Below, piece after piece: positions 5,156 to 5,632 of a stretch of 5,632 bases of DNA (position 1 is the first letter of the stretch; each line of letters begins with the position of its first letter). The position numbers were made by a program, and so were the translations under genes. Under the pieces are notes generated by a model that saw only the letters and a list, made by a program, of their open reading frames with translations, was not told the DNA's origin and did not search any database. The stretch comes from a virus, in IMG/VR virus record IMGVR_UViG_3300030463_000022, positions 1 through 5,632 of that record. One strand, given 5' to 3'.

Positions 5156-5182
5156 GCGGCTTTATCTAATGGGAGAAAGACA

Positions 5183-5217
5183 AATAAATCAAGTGGTTTG
5201 TTTGTTCTTGATTTATT
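5183..5217. promoter_or_regulatory. Perfect 11-bp inverted repeat in the divergent intergenic region (candidate operator or back-to-back -35 boxes)
   Basis: AATAAATCAAG (5183..5193) and CTTGATTTATT (5207..5217) are exact reverse complements separated by 13 nt. They lie in the AT-rich gap between the terS start region and the plus-strand zinc-ribbon gene. Each arm, read outward, contains TTGATT, which resembles a -35 box. Confidence 0.4.
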
Positions 5218-5242
5218 CGCCTTTTGAAAAAATATAGTTGTC

Positions 5243-5632
5243 ATGAAAAAGTGCGCTATATGCGGCAAGGATATTCCGCCCCGCTACAAGGCGAGGAAAA
5301 GGATGTATTGCTCCCGTGCATGCCTCCAGGCGCATTATGCTGCAGTCTGGGAGACTTTCACGTGCCCTGTATGCGGCAAGGCATTCCGCTCCAGGAAGGC
5401 GCTGCATCAGAGATTTTGCTCTACTGAATGTGCAAAAATAGGGCAGAAGGGCAGAAAAATCATGTCTGAGGCGTTTCTTGAAGCTTGCAAACATAGAGGC
5501 GTTCCCGGCCCGCGAAAACATCCGCGAACGGGAAAATTTGAAACCAACTGCCATGCGAAAGTCTGGCACTTGGAATCTCCTGAAGGAGAGGAAATCACCG
5601 CGCGGAACCTCAAACTCTACATGATAAACAGG
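5243..5632 (+). CDS. Zinc-ribbon protein with two tandem CxxC...(Y/F)CSxxC motifs, function unknown; partial, continues past the right edge
   Basis: An ATG at 5243 opens a frame that runs to the window end (130 codons). It is missing from the ORF track because it has no stop. Translation: MKKCAICGKDIPPRYKARKRMYCSRACLQAHYAAVWETFTCPVCGKAFRSRKALHQRFCSTECAKIGQKGRKIMSEAFLEACKHRGVPGPRKHPRTGKFETNCHAKVWHLESPEGEEITARNLKLYMINR. The repeated Cys pattern (TRASH/FCS-like ribbons) is much more protein-like than the overlapping track ORFs 5213..5569, 5407..5613 and 5224..5427. Confidence 0.7.
   Translation, partial: MKKCAICGKDIPPRYKARKRMYCSRACLQAHYAAVWETFTCPVCGKAFRSRKALHQRFCSTECAKIGQKGRKIMSEAFLEACKHRGVPGPRKHPRTGKFETNCHAKVWHLESPEGEEITARNLKLYMINR

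Noticed and set aside
5213-5613. Track ORFs 5213..5569 (minus), 5407..5613 (minus) and 5224..5427 (plus)
   Set aside because: The plus-strand frame starting at 5243 gives a duplicated CxxC...CSxxC zinc-ribbon pattern and stays open to the window edge. These competing frames show no such structure.
1-5632. CRISPR arrays, IS or transposase elements, integrase or att sites, and rRNA
   Set aside because: I saw no spaced direct repeats, no terminal inverted repeats flanking a transposase-like ORF, no recombinase motifs, and no rRNA-like sequence. The window is filled with phage morphogenesis genes.

Overview
The window holds the DNA-packaging and head-morphogenesis module of a tailed phage or prophage. 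All of these genes are on the minus strand. Read right to left they are: small terminase, large terminase, a tRNA gene, a DUF935/Mu gp29-like portal, a Mu gpI-like prohead protease-scaffold fusion, a small DUF2190-like head protein, and the first 60 codons of the major capsid gene, which runs off the left edge. A divergently transcribed zinc-ribbon gene on the plus strand runs off the right edge.

The main finding is a hand-folded 74-nt tRNA between terL and the portal gene (3140..3213, minus strand). Its body looks like a bacterial initiator tRNA: a C1xA72 mismatch, G2:C71, C3:G70, A73, an encoded CCA, and three G:C pairs closing the anticodon stem. Its anticodon, however, is CCU, which reads AGG.

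Independently, two genes have clearly coding N-terminal sequence with no in-frame ATG, GTG or TTG available. These are the small terminase (its helix-turn-helix region) and the major capsid gene. Each has an in-frame AGG exactly where the start should be. terL also has an in-frame AGG three codons after the terS stop.

Taken together, this suggests a phage-encoded orthogonal initiation system: an AGG-decoding initiator tRNA plus AGG-start late genes. I am not aware of a natural example, but I could run no tools or searches here, so it remains a hypothesis.

I saw no CRISPR array, IS element, integrase or rRNA.
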